Part shown: positions 30,381-44,004 of the stretch, piece by piece
Position numbering within the stretch: position 1 is the stretch's first letter
How the letters are laid out: the number at the start of each line of letters is the position of its first letter
NCBI RefSeq assembly: GCF_009914755.1
Contig: NC_060938.1
Direction: 5' to 3' (one strand)
DNA: 64,000 nt
From: the human T2T-CHM13v2.0 reference genome, Homo sapiens
Made by a program: the position numbers and the translations under genes
The notes under the pieces: generated by a model
Databases searched by the model: none
Seen by the model: only the letters and a program-made list of their open reading frames with translations
Told to the model about the DNA's origin: nothing

Positions 30381-32984
30381 TAATAATGTGTGGAACACTG
30401 TAGGCCAGGCACTATGCTTAATGCTTTAGATATATCCTTAAAAAAATCCTCCTAACAGCTCCGTGTGATGTATTTATACTCATTTTACAGTTCGGAAAAT
30501 CTAGGCTTAAAAAATTCAGTGTTTATGAATATTTTATTGGGAGATTTCTAGGAAGCATGAAAGTATGTAATTTATTCTTACAGTTCACCAAGAAAAAGAA
30601 ATAGTTTTGACTAAAGGAATTAAAGAGCATAAACAAATGATACAGATTGCTTTCTTCTTTGGTTTGCAGCTAAGAAAACAGGGATCTGTCTTCCTCACTG
30701 AAGATGATGTGTTCTGAGATAAGCATAATAAGCAGATCATGATGTTCCAGACCCTTACAGATCATAAAAAGCCCACAATATAGTATTCTTTAGACAGGCT
30801 AAACATTTAGGGACACTGATAGGAAGGAATGTAAATAAGAAAGTGAAATAATTCCTATAATGTAAGGTTGATAGAAGATAATCATCAGGGTCAGAATTAA
30901 GAGGTCTTGTGGTTTAGGAAGCATAAAATTATGTAACTTATTGTTTATTTCACTCAGAAAATAAAAGTATTAATGAAAGGAGTTAGAGATGAACAGATTG
31001 ATACAAACTGTTCTATGGTTTACAGCTTAAAAAATAAAGGTACATTTAATGCTATGCATTTTGAGAATAATGTCTTTTATGCTTTTTCTTTTTACATATG
31101 TATCTATTTGTATTTAAGGACAAAATAGATTGACATTACTAATTACTTCACTATTAATAATTAAAGTTCTGTGAAACATTTACTGAGTATATAGTTTTTC
31201 TGGGTATATATAGTTATATTAGCTGGTATGCATTATAGACCTAAAAATATTGCCTTTCAGTAAATTCCTAGTGGACACCAGTGTTTTCACATATGCTTCC
31301 TAGTCATTCAGTCATTTGTTATTTTTACCCTATCTGCAATAAAAACGAACAGAAACTTCTGAAATTACTTTAAATGTGTAGTTAAGCTTGTAAGTGAGTA
31401 AGGAATGATACTAGGGCTCAAAAACAAAGCAATCCGTTTCACTTCCATTTAGGATATAGAAAGCTGCAAGAGAACATCACTCTTATTCTAATAACAGTAG
31501 GTTATCCACAAAATCCACACAGTCATAACTTCTTGAGCACATCAGAGTTGGTCACCAGGCAGCCAAGTGAGCTGAATTCTCAAGAGTAACAAACCCCTCT
31601 TAGGATAGATGGGACACAGGAACATTGACTTGGCAGAGCATAGGAGGAAGAGGTGCCCACCACATAAAGTAGTTAGCAGTATCAGCTAAGATTTTAACAC
31701 ATTTTTAAAGGGTGAATGTGCGCTCGCACAGTTTATGTGTTTAGGATAACTTGTAGCTTAGACACAGAGGAGCTTTGCATCCATTTGCAAGCTCTTTTCC
31801 ATACGTTTCCACTGTTTGATCTGTGAGAAAGACTAGGGGACAAGGCAGGAGATTGGAGAGCATCTCCCTTGGTGATAAAGGTGTGGTGGTGATGAGCTGT
31901 TGCTGAGGGACAGGAGCCAACTCTGCCCATTTCCTGAAAACCTTCTCCTTTATGAAGCAAGAGTCTAAGCTGCAGAGGGAGAAGCAGTGAACTTTCCTGC
32001 TTTTACAGCCCAGGTGAAGTGCCATTGCTTTGATGAGTTTGGTAGGAGCAAAACCCACTTGCTTCTGGAAGAGAGGTAGAAAACCCTCACTCCTCCAGGA
32101 CCATGCAAAGATCACTTACTTCTGGGAGAAAGGTGGGAGCATAAGCCTTTTGACACTAGGGGCTGGGTGTGGAAGGCAGGAGATGTTAGAACTAGGACCC
32201 TGCACTGATAAAAAGCAGAGGTCTGCCACCAGTGGGGATAGGGCAAGAAACTTGACCCTGGCAAAGGTCCCCCTCCCGCACCCCAAGATACAAAGTTATA
32301 GGACAGGAACACTGAAAAAGTTACATTCCTGAGGCCCAGGCTCAAAGACCCCCTACCTAAGATGAGGCTGCACCAAGATATCTGAGAATACTCTACATCC
32401 ACCATTAGCCTAGTGTGTAGTAACAAGCAACAGTTGTCTACTACTAGAGAAGGGACAAGAGTGTGGAGAGAGACCGCCTGCTGAAAACTGAGGGTGGAGC
32501 AGGAACACTGAGGCAAACCCTTTGGCATCTGAGGCTGCACGTTAAACAAAAGGTAATAGTGGCCCACTATTGGAGGTCTGAAACCTGTTGTGCTGTGATT
32601 GCCATAGCAACAAAAAGCCTGAAACCCAGCTCAACTGCTAACTAGACTGGTTATTCAACCCCCTGGACTTAACAGCCTAGCAGAGGTGGAATGTTCATTT
32701 CTGAGCATAAATACTGTTGCCCCTATCATCACTGAATATCCAGCATTCAACATTTCAAAATCAAAAATTTCTGGGCACACAAAATAGGAAAACTTACCAA
32801 AACATAAAGCAACAACAGGTCTAGTGTCAGAGATGACCCAGATATTGGAAGTATTAGAGAATTTAAAGTAACTGTGATTTATATGGTAAAAAAAAATCCA
32901 CTGAAAAAACAACATGCCTGGATGTATAGGGCATTTCAACAGAGAGAGGATCTATAAAATAATCAAATGAAGATGCTAGAAATA

Positions 32985-33279
<295 letters not shown>

Positions 33280-33592
33280 ATGCTAGAAATAAAAAAGATG
33301 ATATCTGAGATGACGCATTTCTTCAATGGGCTTATCAGGAGTTTGAACATGTCTGGTGAAAGAATCAGTGAACTTGAAAATAGAAACTATCCAAACTGAA
33401 ACATAGAGATAGAAAAGAGTGAAAAATGAGAACATCCAATGGCTTTGAGACAGCATAAAAAGAGATCTAATATATATGCAATCGGCATCTCAGAAAGAGA
33501 AAGGAGAAATGGGAAGGAAGAATTATTTAAAGAAATACTAGCCAGGACAAAGCATAGATCTAAGAAGACCAGAGGACTCAGAGCAGGATAAA

Positions 33593-34050
33593 TGCGTGCG
33601 AGCGCACACACACACACATACACACACACCCTCACCCCTAGACACCGCACGCGCGTGCACACACACACACACACCTCCTCACCCCTAGACACCGCACGCG
33701 CGCGCACACACACACACCCTCACCCCTAGACACCGCACGCGCACACACACACACCCTCACCCCTAGACACCGCACGCGCGCACACACACACCCCCCTCAC
33801 CTCTAGACACTGCGCGCGCGCACACACACACACTCACCCCTAGACACTGCACGCGCACACACACACACCCTCACCCCTAGACACCGCACGCGCGCACACA
33901 CACACCCCCCTCACCTCTAGACACTGCGCGCGCGCACACACACACACTCACCCCTAGACACTGCACGCGCGCGCGCACACACACCCTCACCCCTAGACAC
34001 CGCACGTGCGCGCGCGCACACACACACACACACCCTCACCCCTAGATACC
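33593..34050. repeat. Minisatellite/VNTR, about 11 units of ~40 bp: (CA)n-CCCTCACCCCTAGACACCGCA-(CG)n
   Basis: 11 ctagac/tac cores counted; sits inside an old L1. Confidence 0.93.
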
Positions 34051-34268
34051 TCATAAACTGCTGAAAATAAAAAGGATAATCTTGGAAGTAGCCAGAGACA
34101 AAGGTGACAATTGAACAGGCTTCTGATCAGAAACTATGTAGTCTAGAGGACAAAAGAATATCATATTAAAAGTACTGAAAGTAAAAAGCAAAAATTAAAA
34201 AGTCAACTGAAATATATACCCAGTTAAAATACCTTTCCAGGATGAAGACAAAGTAGCTTTTTAGATAA

Positions 34269-34638
<370 letters not shown>

Positions 34639-35088
34639 TGTAAAGGAAATTATTTAGGTAAAAGTAATGTGATACCAGATGGAAATTGATTTACATGAAT
34701 AAATGAGCACTGGAAATGGTAAAAATTAGGGTAAATGTAAAGGAAATAACAATTCTACACAAATTCTTTCAGAAAATAGAGGAGGAGGTAAGAACTTCCT
34801 GATAAACTTTCAGGCCCAGCATTACCCTGATGTATATATACTCATGAGCGTAGATGCAAACACCCAAAAAATGAGAAATCAAATCCAACAATATATCAGA
34901 AGGATAATAATACATTATGACTAGTCAGGGTTTATCTCAGGAATTCAAGATTGTTTCAAAATTTAAAAACTAGTCAGTATAAATCTTGTCAGAAACCTAA
35001 AAAAGGAACACCACCATCTAATCATCTCAGTAGATTTAGAAAAAGTATATGACAAAATCCAACAACTATTTCTGGAAAAAAAAATCTT

Positions 35089-35518
35089 AGCCAGGTGTGA
35101 TGACACACACCTGTAATCCCAGCTATTAGGAGGCTGAGGCTGGAGAATCTCTTGAGCCCAACAGTTTTAGTCTAGTCTAGGCAAGATAGTGAGACCCTGT
35201 CTTAAAATAAAATAAGGCCTGGCATGGTGGCTCACGCCTGTAATCCTAGCACTTTCGGAGGCCGAGGCAGGTGGATCATGAAGTCAGGAGTTCGAGGCCA
35301 GCCTGGCCAACATGGTGAAACCCCATCCCTACTAAAAATACAAAAATTAGCCAGGCGTGGTGGCAGGCATCTGTAATCCCAGCTACTCAGGAAGCTGAGG
35401 CAGGAGAATTGCTTGAACCTGGGAGGCAGAGTTGCAGTGAGCCGAGATTGTGCCACTGTATTCCAGCTTGGGCAGCAGAGCGAGACTCCATCTCATAAAT
35501 AAATAAATAAATAAATAA
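35089..35518 (+). mobile_element. Alu monomer (35089-35215) followed by a full AluS (35216-35518)
   Basis: Alu consensus, (TAAA)n tail. Confidence 0.88.
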
Positions 35519-38500
35519 CCTCACAACTCAGTAAACTAGAAATAGATGGGAGCTTCCTCTGTGAGAAACCTACATGTTCAGTTAAAGGTGAAAGACTTTT
35601 TCCTAAGATCAGGAAAAGGCCAAAAGTGTCTGCTCTTAACCACTTTTGTTTAACAGTATACTGGACATTCTAGCCAGTACAGTAAGGCAACAAAAAGAAA
35701 AAGCATTCACATTGCAGAGAAAGAAGTAAAGCTGTCTTTTTTTTTTCTCAGATAACATTATCATATGTAGGAACCTGCAAAAGAAAAATGCTGGAACTTC
35801 CAAGCGAGTATAGAAAGGTTATGGGATATAAGATCAATATACAAAAATCAGCTGTGTTTCTACAAACCAGCAACCAACAATTGGAAACTGAAGTTTTTCT
35901 TAAACTATCAAAATAGCATTAAAATAAGTGATACTTAGAGATAAATCTGGTAAATGTTACATAAGATCTATAAACTGAAAACTATAGAACATTTCTGAGA
36001 GGAAATAATGAGAGAACTAAGTGAACTGAAATATAGATCATATTCGTGGATCAGAAGACTCAATATTGTGAAGATGTCAGTTTGCCCCAGATCAATGCGT
36101 ATATTTAATGCAAAATAATCAAAATTCAAGTAGGTTAGGTTTTTGTAGGAAATGACAAACTAATTCTAAGATTCGTATGAGAATGTAAAGGACCTAGAAT
36201 AGCCAAAACAACTTTGAAAAATAGGAACAAAATTGGAGGACTTGCATTACCTGATTTCAAGACATAATATATAGCCACAGCAGTTAATACTGTATGATTG
36301 GTGTAAAGACAGATAAAGTAATCAATGAGACATAGAGAAAGTTTAAGAAAACTCACACCTACCCCACAAATTGTCAGTTTGTTTTTGACACGGGGCAAAG
36401 GCAATTCATTATAGAGAGGATAGACTTTTCAACAAATGATGCTCAAACAGTTTGAAAAATAAATCCATACCTTGCTCCATATGCAAAAGATAAAATAGAT
36501 CATAGACCTAAATGTTAAAGACTGAAATTATTAAAACTTCTAGAGGAAACCATAAGAGAAAATTTTTGTGACCTTGGGTTAGGTAAAAGTTTCTTACATA
36601 TGACTCTAGAAGCATGATCCTTAGAAGAAAAATTTGATAAATTAGATCTGTTCTTCAGAAGACACTATTAAGTGAATGAAAAGACAAGTCAGAATGGGAG
36701 AAAATATTTGTAAATCACATAGATGACAAAGGACTGTGTTCAGAATTCATAAAGAACTTCTCAAAACACAATAATAAAACAACCCAATTTTTAGAAATAT
36801 GGAAAAATTTTTAAGATGCTTCACCAAAGAACATTGGCAGATGGCCAGTAAACATAAGAAAAGATGTTCAACATCATTAGTCATTAGGACAATGTGAGTA
36901 AATCTCCAATACACTTGTTAAAATATCTGTACTAAAAATAACAAAAAACAAACAAACAAAAAAACAGCAATTGACCATACGAAGTATTGTGGAAGACTGT
37001 AGAGCAACTCAAACTCCCTTACACTGTTGGTGGGAATATAAAATGGTACAACAACTTTAGAAAACAGGTTCTCAAAAATTTAAATATACATCTACTATAT
37101 TACTCAGCTATTTAATTCCTAAGGATTAAGAGAAAATGAAGCATCTTTTCATATAAAGTCTTATACATGAATGTTCATTGCAGCTTTACTTGTTATAGCT
37201 AAAACTGGAAACAACCCAAATATCAGTCAACTGTTGATGGATAAGTCAATTGTGGTATAACCATTCAATGATATAATACTCTTTACATATTCTGGTTATG
37301 TGTTGAAATTTCTTCTTTGACTCTGTGGCTTCTCCTGATGTTTTAGATTTTATTTTGTAAACAACATGATTGGGTTTTATTTTTTAATCCAATCTCACAC
37401 TGTATTTTAATTAGAATATTTTTCCCATTTACATTTAATGTAATTGCATAGGTCATCTTACAATTTGCTTTTTCTTTTTGCCAACTGCTCTATGTTTCTA
37501 TTTCTCTTATTTATTTTATTTGAATTGATTAAGTAGTTTTATTATTTCACTTTCCCCCTCATCTATTAGCTTGGAAGTTACAGACTCTTTTACTTTTCTT
37601 GTGTTAGTGAGCTTAGACATTACAAAAAGGACATATTATCAAAGTCGAATTTCATTGGTATTTTTACCCTTTTCCTAGATAATAATATAATTATTATTTA
37701 ATCCTCTTCTGACTTATATGTTACTGTTGTTAGCTATTTTATTTATATATTTCAGGTCTCCTAGATATTGTTTTATCTAACCAATATCTATTTAGATTTA
37801 CCCACATAGCTATCATTTTTTATTACCTGTAGTATTTCCATTTGGAATCTTTTTTTTTTTTCTGCCTGAAGAACACCTTTTAGTATTCAGTACAAGTCTG
37901 CTGGTAACAAATTATCTTTGTTTTTGTCTGTTTGAAAATGTCTTCCACATGCATTTTAAATAGATGTTTTTATTAGCATAGGATTTTACACTGTATATCT
38001 GTAGATTTCTAGAAATATGGAGGCATATTTATGGCTTTTTGACTCTGTGGCTTATTTTCTTTGGCCAGTTTTGGAAAATTCTCAGGTATCTTTTTACATG
38101 TGCCTCTGCCTAATCTTCTCTCTCTCCTCCTTCTAAGACTCCAATTTTATGTATATTAGATCTTTTAATAGTATTTCCATGTCCTTTATCTTCTTTTCTT
38201 TCTTTTCCATCCTTTTTTCTGTTTGTGATTCATTGGTGTTTTATTCTAATACACCTTCTGTCTCACTAATTCATCTGTATCTAACCTGATTTTTATTTTG
38301 ATTATTGTATTTATCTAGTCTAGAATTTCCATTTAGCTTTTTAAAATCTGCCATTTTTTATATCTTAGAGAATTCTCTGTTGAAATCCTCAATTGTATCT
38401 TTTATCCTCTTGAACCATGTATGTATCATATAGCACTAGTATCTGGAGCTCCTTTTGGCATGTTTATATTTTGTATTGTTTCTGCTTATTATCTTATCTC

Positions 38501-38619
38501 CTTATATATGTTGATATTATTGATTATGTGCTTGGTCTTGTATTTGACAAATTATTTGTAGAAATAGTTTGAGGCCTAGGATGATATCTTTCTCATGGAA
38601 GGAATATATTTTCTTCTGG

Positions 38620-39315
38620 CAGACACCTAACTGCACTAGCAATAGAGTCTTACTTAACCTGATTTCAGGTACTGGATGATTTGAAGCTGGGCTGTCCTCC
38701 CCTGCAAAGGACAGTCTATTCAGGACTGCCCTTATTCCCTACTGCAGAGGGGCTTACCAGGGACTCTGCAAGGCTGTCAGAGAAGTCACTTAGGCTCTCA
38801 GTCCCTCAAGACCCTCTTCTAGAATCAGCAAATACCCCCAGGCCCAAAGCAGGCCCCAAATTACATGCTCACTTTTCTGGATATTTGTTGTCTCTTAGAT
38901 CTTGGAAGGGTAATTTTTTACTACCCTGTTAGTTTCCATAGGCCTGTATGCAGATGATTTTTATGTTTTGTTCAGCTTTAAAAATTATCCTTGCCAAGAG
39001 GGTTGATTAGAGTTACCTAGTCTGCCTTTATTGAAAGAGGAAGTTCCCTTTCCTGTTATTATTCCTTCTTGATTTAATCTTAGAATGAGATTAACCCCAA
39101 CGTTTCTATTTATATACCTGCATAGGTTCTCTGTGCACATATATCCCTCTACCATACCCTGTTCACCATCTCCACATCCACACAGATCAACTGATTGTTT
39201 TCTAACAATACGTTAGAAGTAATCAAGAACCTAAAATTAAATATTTTGCCAAAACCCTTGTGATATATGTCCTTAATTTACACTTCTAGTTCTTAAGCTT
39301 CCTTATTTTGTTGGT
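38620..39315 (+). repeat. Left arm of ~695-bp inverted duplication
   Basis: reverse complement of 40153-40847 with about 9 substitutions and 1 indel by manual alignment. Confidence 0.95.
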
Positions 39316-40152
39316 ATGACATTACATGTATGAAGAGAAGTAATTAGATGAAGGGCAAGATAAGGGGAGATAGGAAAGCAAACATTCCCAGCATTGAGAA
39401 GGAAAGAGAAGCATGCAGATTGAATGTAGATTCAAAGAACTGAGAGAAAATCAGTGTGCCTAGAGCATAAAGCAAAAGGAGTTGCCGAGACAGTGAAAAA
39501 GCCCAAATTATGCAGATCCTTAGGTGCATTATGCAAGAGAATATTCAAATTATAGTTTTAAATGCTTTGAAATCTCATGCTGACTGTAAAGTCGAAAATG
39601 AATCAGAAGAGAGTGATGTAGGATGGAATGGAAGGGATGTAGTGGGTGAGGATCACTTGGAATCTGTTACCCTTACCTGAGCAAACCTTCAAAGTAGCTT
39701 GGACTATGGTGGAAGTAGCCTGGTTGGAGAGGTGGATGGATTAAAGAAATAGACAACAAAGCAAAACCAGGACTATATGAGCAATAAAAAACCAATAGTA
39801 TCAACGATAACTCCTGAAATCCTGGTTTGTAAACCAGGTGGGTAACAGTGGCACACACTAAGATAGGAGACTAGAGAAAGCCCACATTAGGACAAGAGAC
39901 TGGAGGAGGCCCAGGTGTTACAGGAAATACTGTGAGCTCAATTTTGGACTTGTTACCTTTGAGATACCTTTGAGACATCCGAAGTAGAGTTTGCAGAGAG
40001 TTGTATATACGGATGTGATACTCTGAACAGGTCTGCCAATAAAAAAGTAAAATTTATACAGATTACATTTAAAGTCGTTGGTGTGGAGGAGATTGTCTAC
40101 AGAGAAAATGAAGACCAAAAGTGGAGAACTGCTATTGGAAACATAATTTTAC
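39316..40152 (-). mobile_element. Diverged L2 fragment forming the spacer of the inverted duplication
   Basis: antisense L2-like motifs (caaacattcccagca; caattttggacttgttacctttgagatacctttgagacatcc). Confidence 0.6.
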
Positions 40153-40847
40153 ACCAAGAAAATAAGGAAGCTTAAGAACTAGAAGTGTAAATTAAGGACA
40201 TATATCACAAGGGTTTTGGCAAAATATTTAATTTTAGGTTCTTGATTACTTCTAACGTATTGTTAGAAAACAATCAGTTGATCTGTGTGGATGTGGAGAT
40301 GGTGAACAGGGTATGGTAGAGGGATATATGTGCACAGAGAACCTATGCAGGTATATAAATAGAAAGGTTGGGGTTAATCTCATTCTAAGATTAAATCAAG
40401 AAGGAATAATAACAGGAAAGGGAACTTCCTCTTTCAATAAAGGCAGACGAGGTAACTCTAATCAACTCTCTTGGCAAGGATAATTTTTAAAGCTGAACAA
40501 AACATAAAAATCATCTGCATACAGGCCTATGGAAACTAACAGGGTAGTAAAAAATTACCCTTCCAAGATCTAAGAGACAACAAATATCCAGAAAAGTGAG
40601 CATGTAATTTGGGGCCTGCTTTGGGCCTGGGGGTGTTTGCTGATTCTAGAAGAGGGTCTTGAGGGACTGAGAGCCTAAGTGACTTCTCTGACAGCCTTGC
40701 GGAGTCCCTGATAAGCCCCTCTGCAGTAGGAATAAGGGCAGTCCTGAATAGACTGTCCTTTGCAGGGGAGGACAGCCCAGCTTCAAATCATCCAGTACCT
40801 GAAATCAGGTTAAGTAAGACTCTACTGCCAGTGCAGTTAGGTGTCTG
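40153..40847 (-). repeat. Right arm of ~695-bp inverted duplication
   Basis: for example gtgcagttaggtgtctg (ends 40847) is the reverse complement of cagacacctaactgcac (starts 38620). Confidence 0.95.
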
Positions 40848-42560
40848 TACATTGTTAGTCCTGCTCATTGCTGGGTCTCTAGGTCTCTAGCACCTAGCAG
40901 CACAGTGCCTTGAACATAATTGAGCATTTGAGTGAGTGTATATAGTCAACAGGAATCACTGAAAGGTAGAGATCCTTATCTTTGACTTCTTTCCAGTTTC
41001 CCAGAATACGTAGTATGATGCTGGGACTTGAATGAAATTAAAATGATATTATCTTCAGAATTAGATTTTCTTTGGGCTACTTTTGAGAGAGATTAGGATA
41101 GAAGGTGAAAGTATTATGACTGACTTGGGAGAAAAAAAGCCCTGTTTCCTCTTTCTTATAGATATTTGCTAGACTTTCCATGGCTGCTTTTTTTTCTAAG
41201 AGAACTGTGTATAATTTTTGGAAAAAAATATTGAATTAATTAAATATTGCTATAGTGAATCATTCAGAAGGAATGGTTCTTTATCATTCACATCCATTAA
41301 CAAGATTATTTCTTTGAAAAGCACATCCTTTCTTTGCAAAGTTTTGAATTGCTGCTTATTTACATTTTAAGCCTAAATTATGAAATTCCTGTGATTCTAA
41401 TTTATTACGTTTAAAAATGACTTAGCAGAGTACTGCAGCTGGAAGGCTCAGTTGCAAAACTATGGTCTTTAAATTGATTTGTTTGTTTTGATGTTCTTAT
41501 GATTTGCATGGCAGCATATTTTATTGTATATTTACAATAGTCATATGATACTTGTATTTCCTTTATGGAAAGAGTTCTTAAGGATATTTTTATGTGTACC
41601 TCCTCATGAATCTTGCTAATCACTGAAATACAGACTTAGGAATGGTAAAACATATCTCCCTTTGTTATTTCTGTTTATTGTCTTCACTTCATTTTTCCCT
41701 CTCAGATTTTGATTTTCAGTGATCTCATCTAGTCCTTTACACCCTTTATTTTAGTGGTGGAATGTGGCAATCAGGGATAGGGAAAATGATGAGGTATAAT
41801 CATTAAAGGTATCTTAGAACCTGGCATATTTCAATTATTCATATTTAACCTATTTGAAAGTCTTTTATAAATATCATGATTTTATAATGAAGAGGGCTAT
41901 TACACTATTATGTTAATTACTAAAACCTCCCACATTTATGATCTTTAATAGCCCAGATATTTTATATGTCCCTGATCTTCAGTGTTTTAATATAGAAGTC
42001 CCTATTATTTAATTTCAAAATAATCAATGCTATCTCTAAAAATACACAGATATTTTGTAATTTTAGAGTTCCTTTACCTTTTACTAGCATTATTCATGAT
42101 AAATATATTTTTCAGTTTTATTCAATAAGATTCTTTTCAGAATTTGTGAAACTTAAACACTTGCTCTTTTGGAGTAAGCCAATGATTTATTTAATGCTTT
42201 TCTATATTGTGTATTTTAAGGAGAAATATCTTCCTGATGGATATAATACAGGCTTGTTGGAGACAGCTATTTCCCTCTCTGCAAGGAGTGTATTATGTTG
42301 TTTTACAAAATGCTTTCTTGCACCACTCATGTTAACTAAAGAGCGAATTTAAACACAGACGTGTCTACTGCACTTTCCTTCCTTGAATGGGTACAGTTTT
42401 TAAAACTTGGAAACGTGCCATTAACTCTTAATGTCTCATTTCATTTTTGAGGAATTCAAGTTGGGATGCCAGCCGTACAATAGTAATGTAAGAGGAATGG
42501 TAACTGGCTTAAGGCATGCACTTAAGCAATAGAGGAATTTACTTTTCAGTGTCTTCCAAG

Positions 42561-42653
42561 GTCCATGAGGATGCACACTTATTTATCCAGAGAGTATGGA
42601 TCTCACATATGTTTGTCCAGAGGGTGTGACTCTGTGGAGGAGAACACTTACTG
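42561..42653 (+). CDS. PPP4R4: Candidate alternative PPP4R4 exon in intron 3 (VHEDAHLFIQRVWISHMFVQRV-stop), for a short isoform
   Basis: ttttcagtgtcttccaag| acceptor, strong CTG|gtaagt donor; in frame with exon 3; TGA at 42627-42629. Confidence 0.6.
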
Positions 42654-42760
42654 GTAAGTATTGAACTCTTATTGTATTATGTTTCAGAAAAATATGTTTA
42701 GAAAATCAGTTGATTTTTAGCAGTGATGAAATCTCTTAGTCTGTGCTGGTTTCTTAACAG

Positions 42761-43120
42761 TGGACAGTCCCAGATGTTGAAGTCAGCACAACAAGAGAAA
42801 AACCCAAATCCTGATAAGACTTGAGGATTTTTCGAAAATTAAATGCAAAATAGTTGGGGCAAATGTTGCTGCGGGAGTCAAGACTAAGTAATACAGTAAG
42901 AAGATATGAAGTTGGAGAGCTTCTCATGTTCTTCCTTTGTATAAAGTTTGCATACGTACAAAACCCAGGACTTTAATGACTTTAAGAGGGGGCAGAATTG
43001 CATCTCTTGGAAGTTAACAGACTCATGTGAACTGGAATGTACGTTGTGGCCCTCACAATTGATTTTAATATTTATTTGCAAAGTCCTTTCTGTTTCTAAA
43101 TAAAAGCTGTGCCTTCTGAA
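42761..43120 (+). other. PPP4R4: Candidate alternative terminal (3' UTR) exon with AATAAA at 43099-43104
   Basis: tttcttaacag| acceptor 107 nt after the donor at 42654; downstream AATAAA; 3' end is approximate. Confidence 0.45.
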
Positions 43121-44004
43121 ACCTGTAAGTGATGTATACTGGCCACATCAAATCTTTTAAAAGTGTTTTCCAAACCCCAAATTGTTAGTGTGGAAGAAAT
43201 GTTTCTTTTGGGAACACTAAAACAAAGGGGTATGGGAGGATTGATTTCAGAGACCACTTGCTGCTTCTGCTTTATACTTTAACATTCTTTCCCTCTTTCT
43301 CTCAGCCAAGAACTCTCATGATATGTAACTGACTTTTGGTTGAAAAAACATGTAAAATAATGTTTTTGTGTATGATACAAAAGTTTAGAATAAAACAAAA
43401 ATCAGCCACTCTAATATGTGGTAGGTTTTCTGGCAATTAACCATAGCACATAGACATTTGCCACAGGAAATGCCACTGCCAGATCTCCCACACCGCCACA
43501 TGAAGGCTTAGCATTGCTTTAAGTCATGCCTTAATAAATGATGAATGGAAGTGCAGAGTCCGTGAGGAAGAATTCAGTGCATAGGAGTGTTTTGGCATCT
43601 GGTAGACAATTGTTTGTTAGAGTTGCCAGTTATTAGCTTGCTGGCCTTTATCAAAGTGCTTTACTATTCTGTTTCTTCTGCTGTAGAAATCCCTGTGTTA
43701 TCCCCTATTGTGATGACTGACAGTGTCCCACTGTGCTGAATCAAGAAGACTGGGTATATAGGTCCAAATCATGGTTATGGAGATGTTAGGGTAGAAGACA
43801 GCAGTATGGACATGATAGAAAGAGGATTGAGAATACATTTCTATGTGATCCATTTTTGCTTTGCCTTCTATCTAATTCTGCCAATTCCTAATCTTTAGGA
43901 CTCACCTCAAAATCTCTTGAAGCCACTTTTTGGGAGATGTGCAAAATGTGTGTGAAGGGAGAGAGCATCAAGAGCAGAAAGCGTAGGTGAGAGGGTAAGA
44001 GACA

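Noticed and set aside
31733-32645. Cluster of overlapping 60-151-aa ORFs on both strands
   Set aside because: They lie in a locally GC-richer segment that looks like an old L1 5' region, with no recognisable domain or exon structure.
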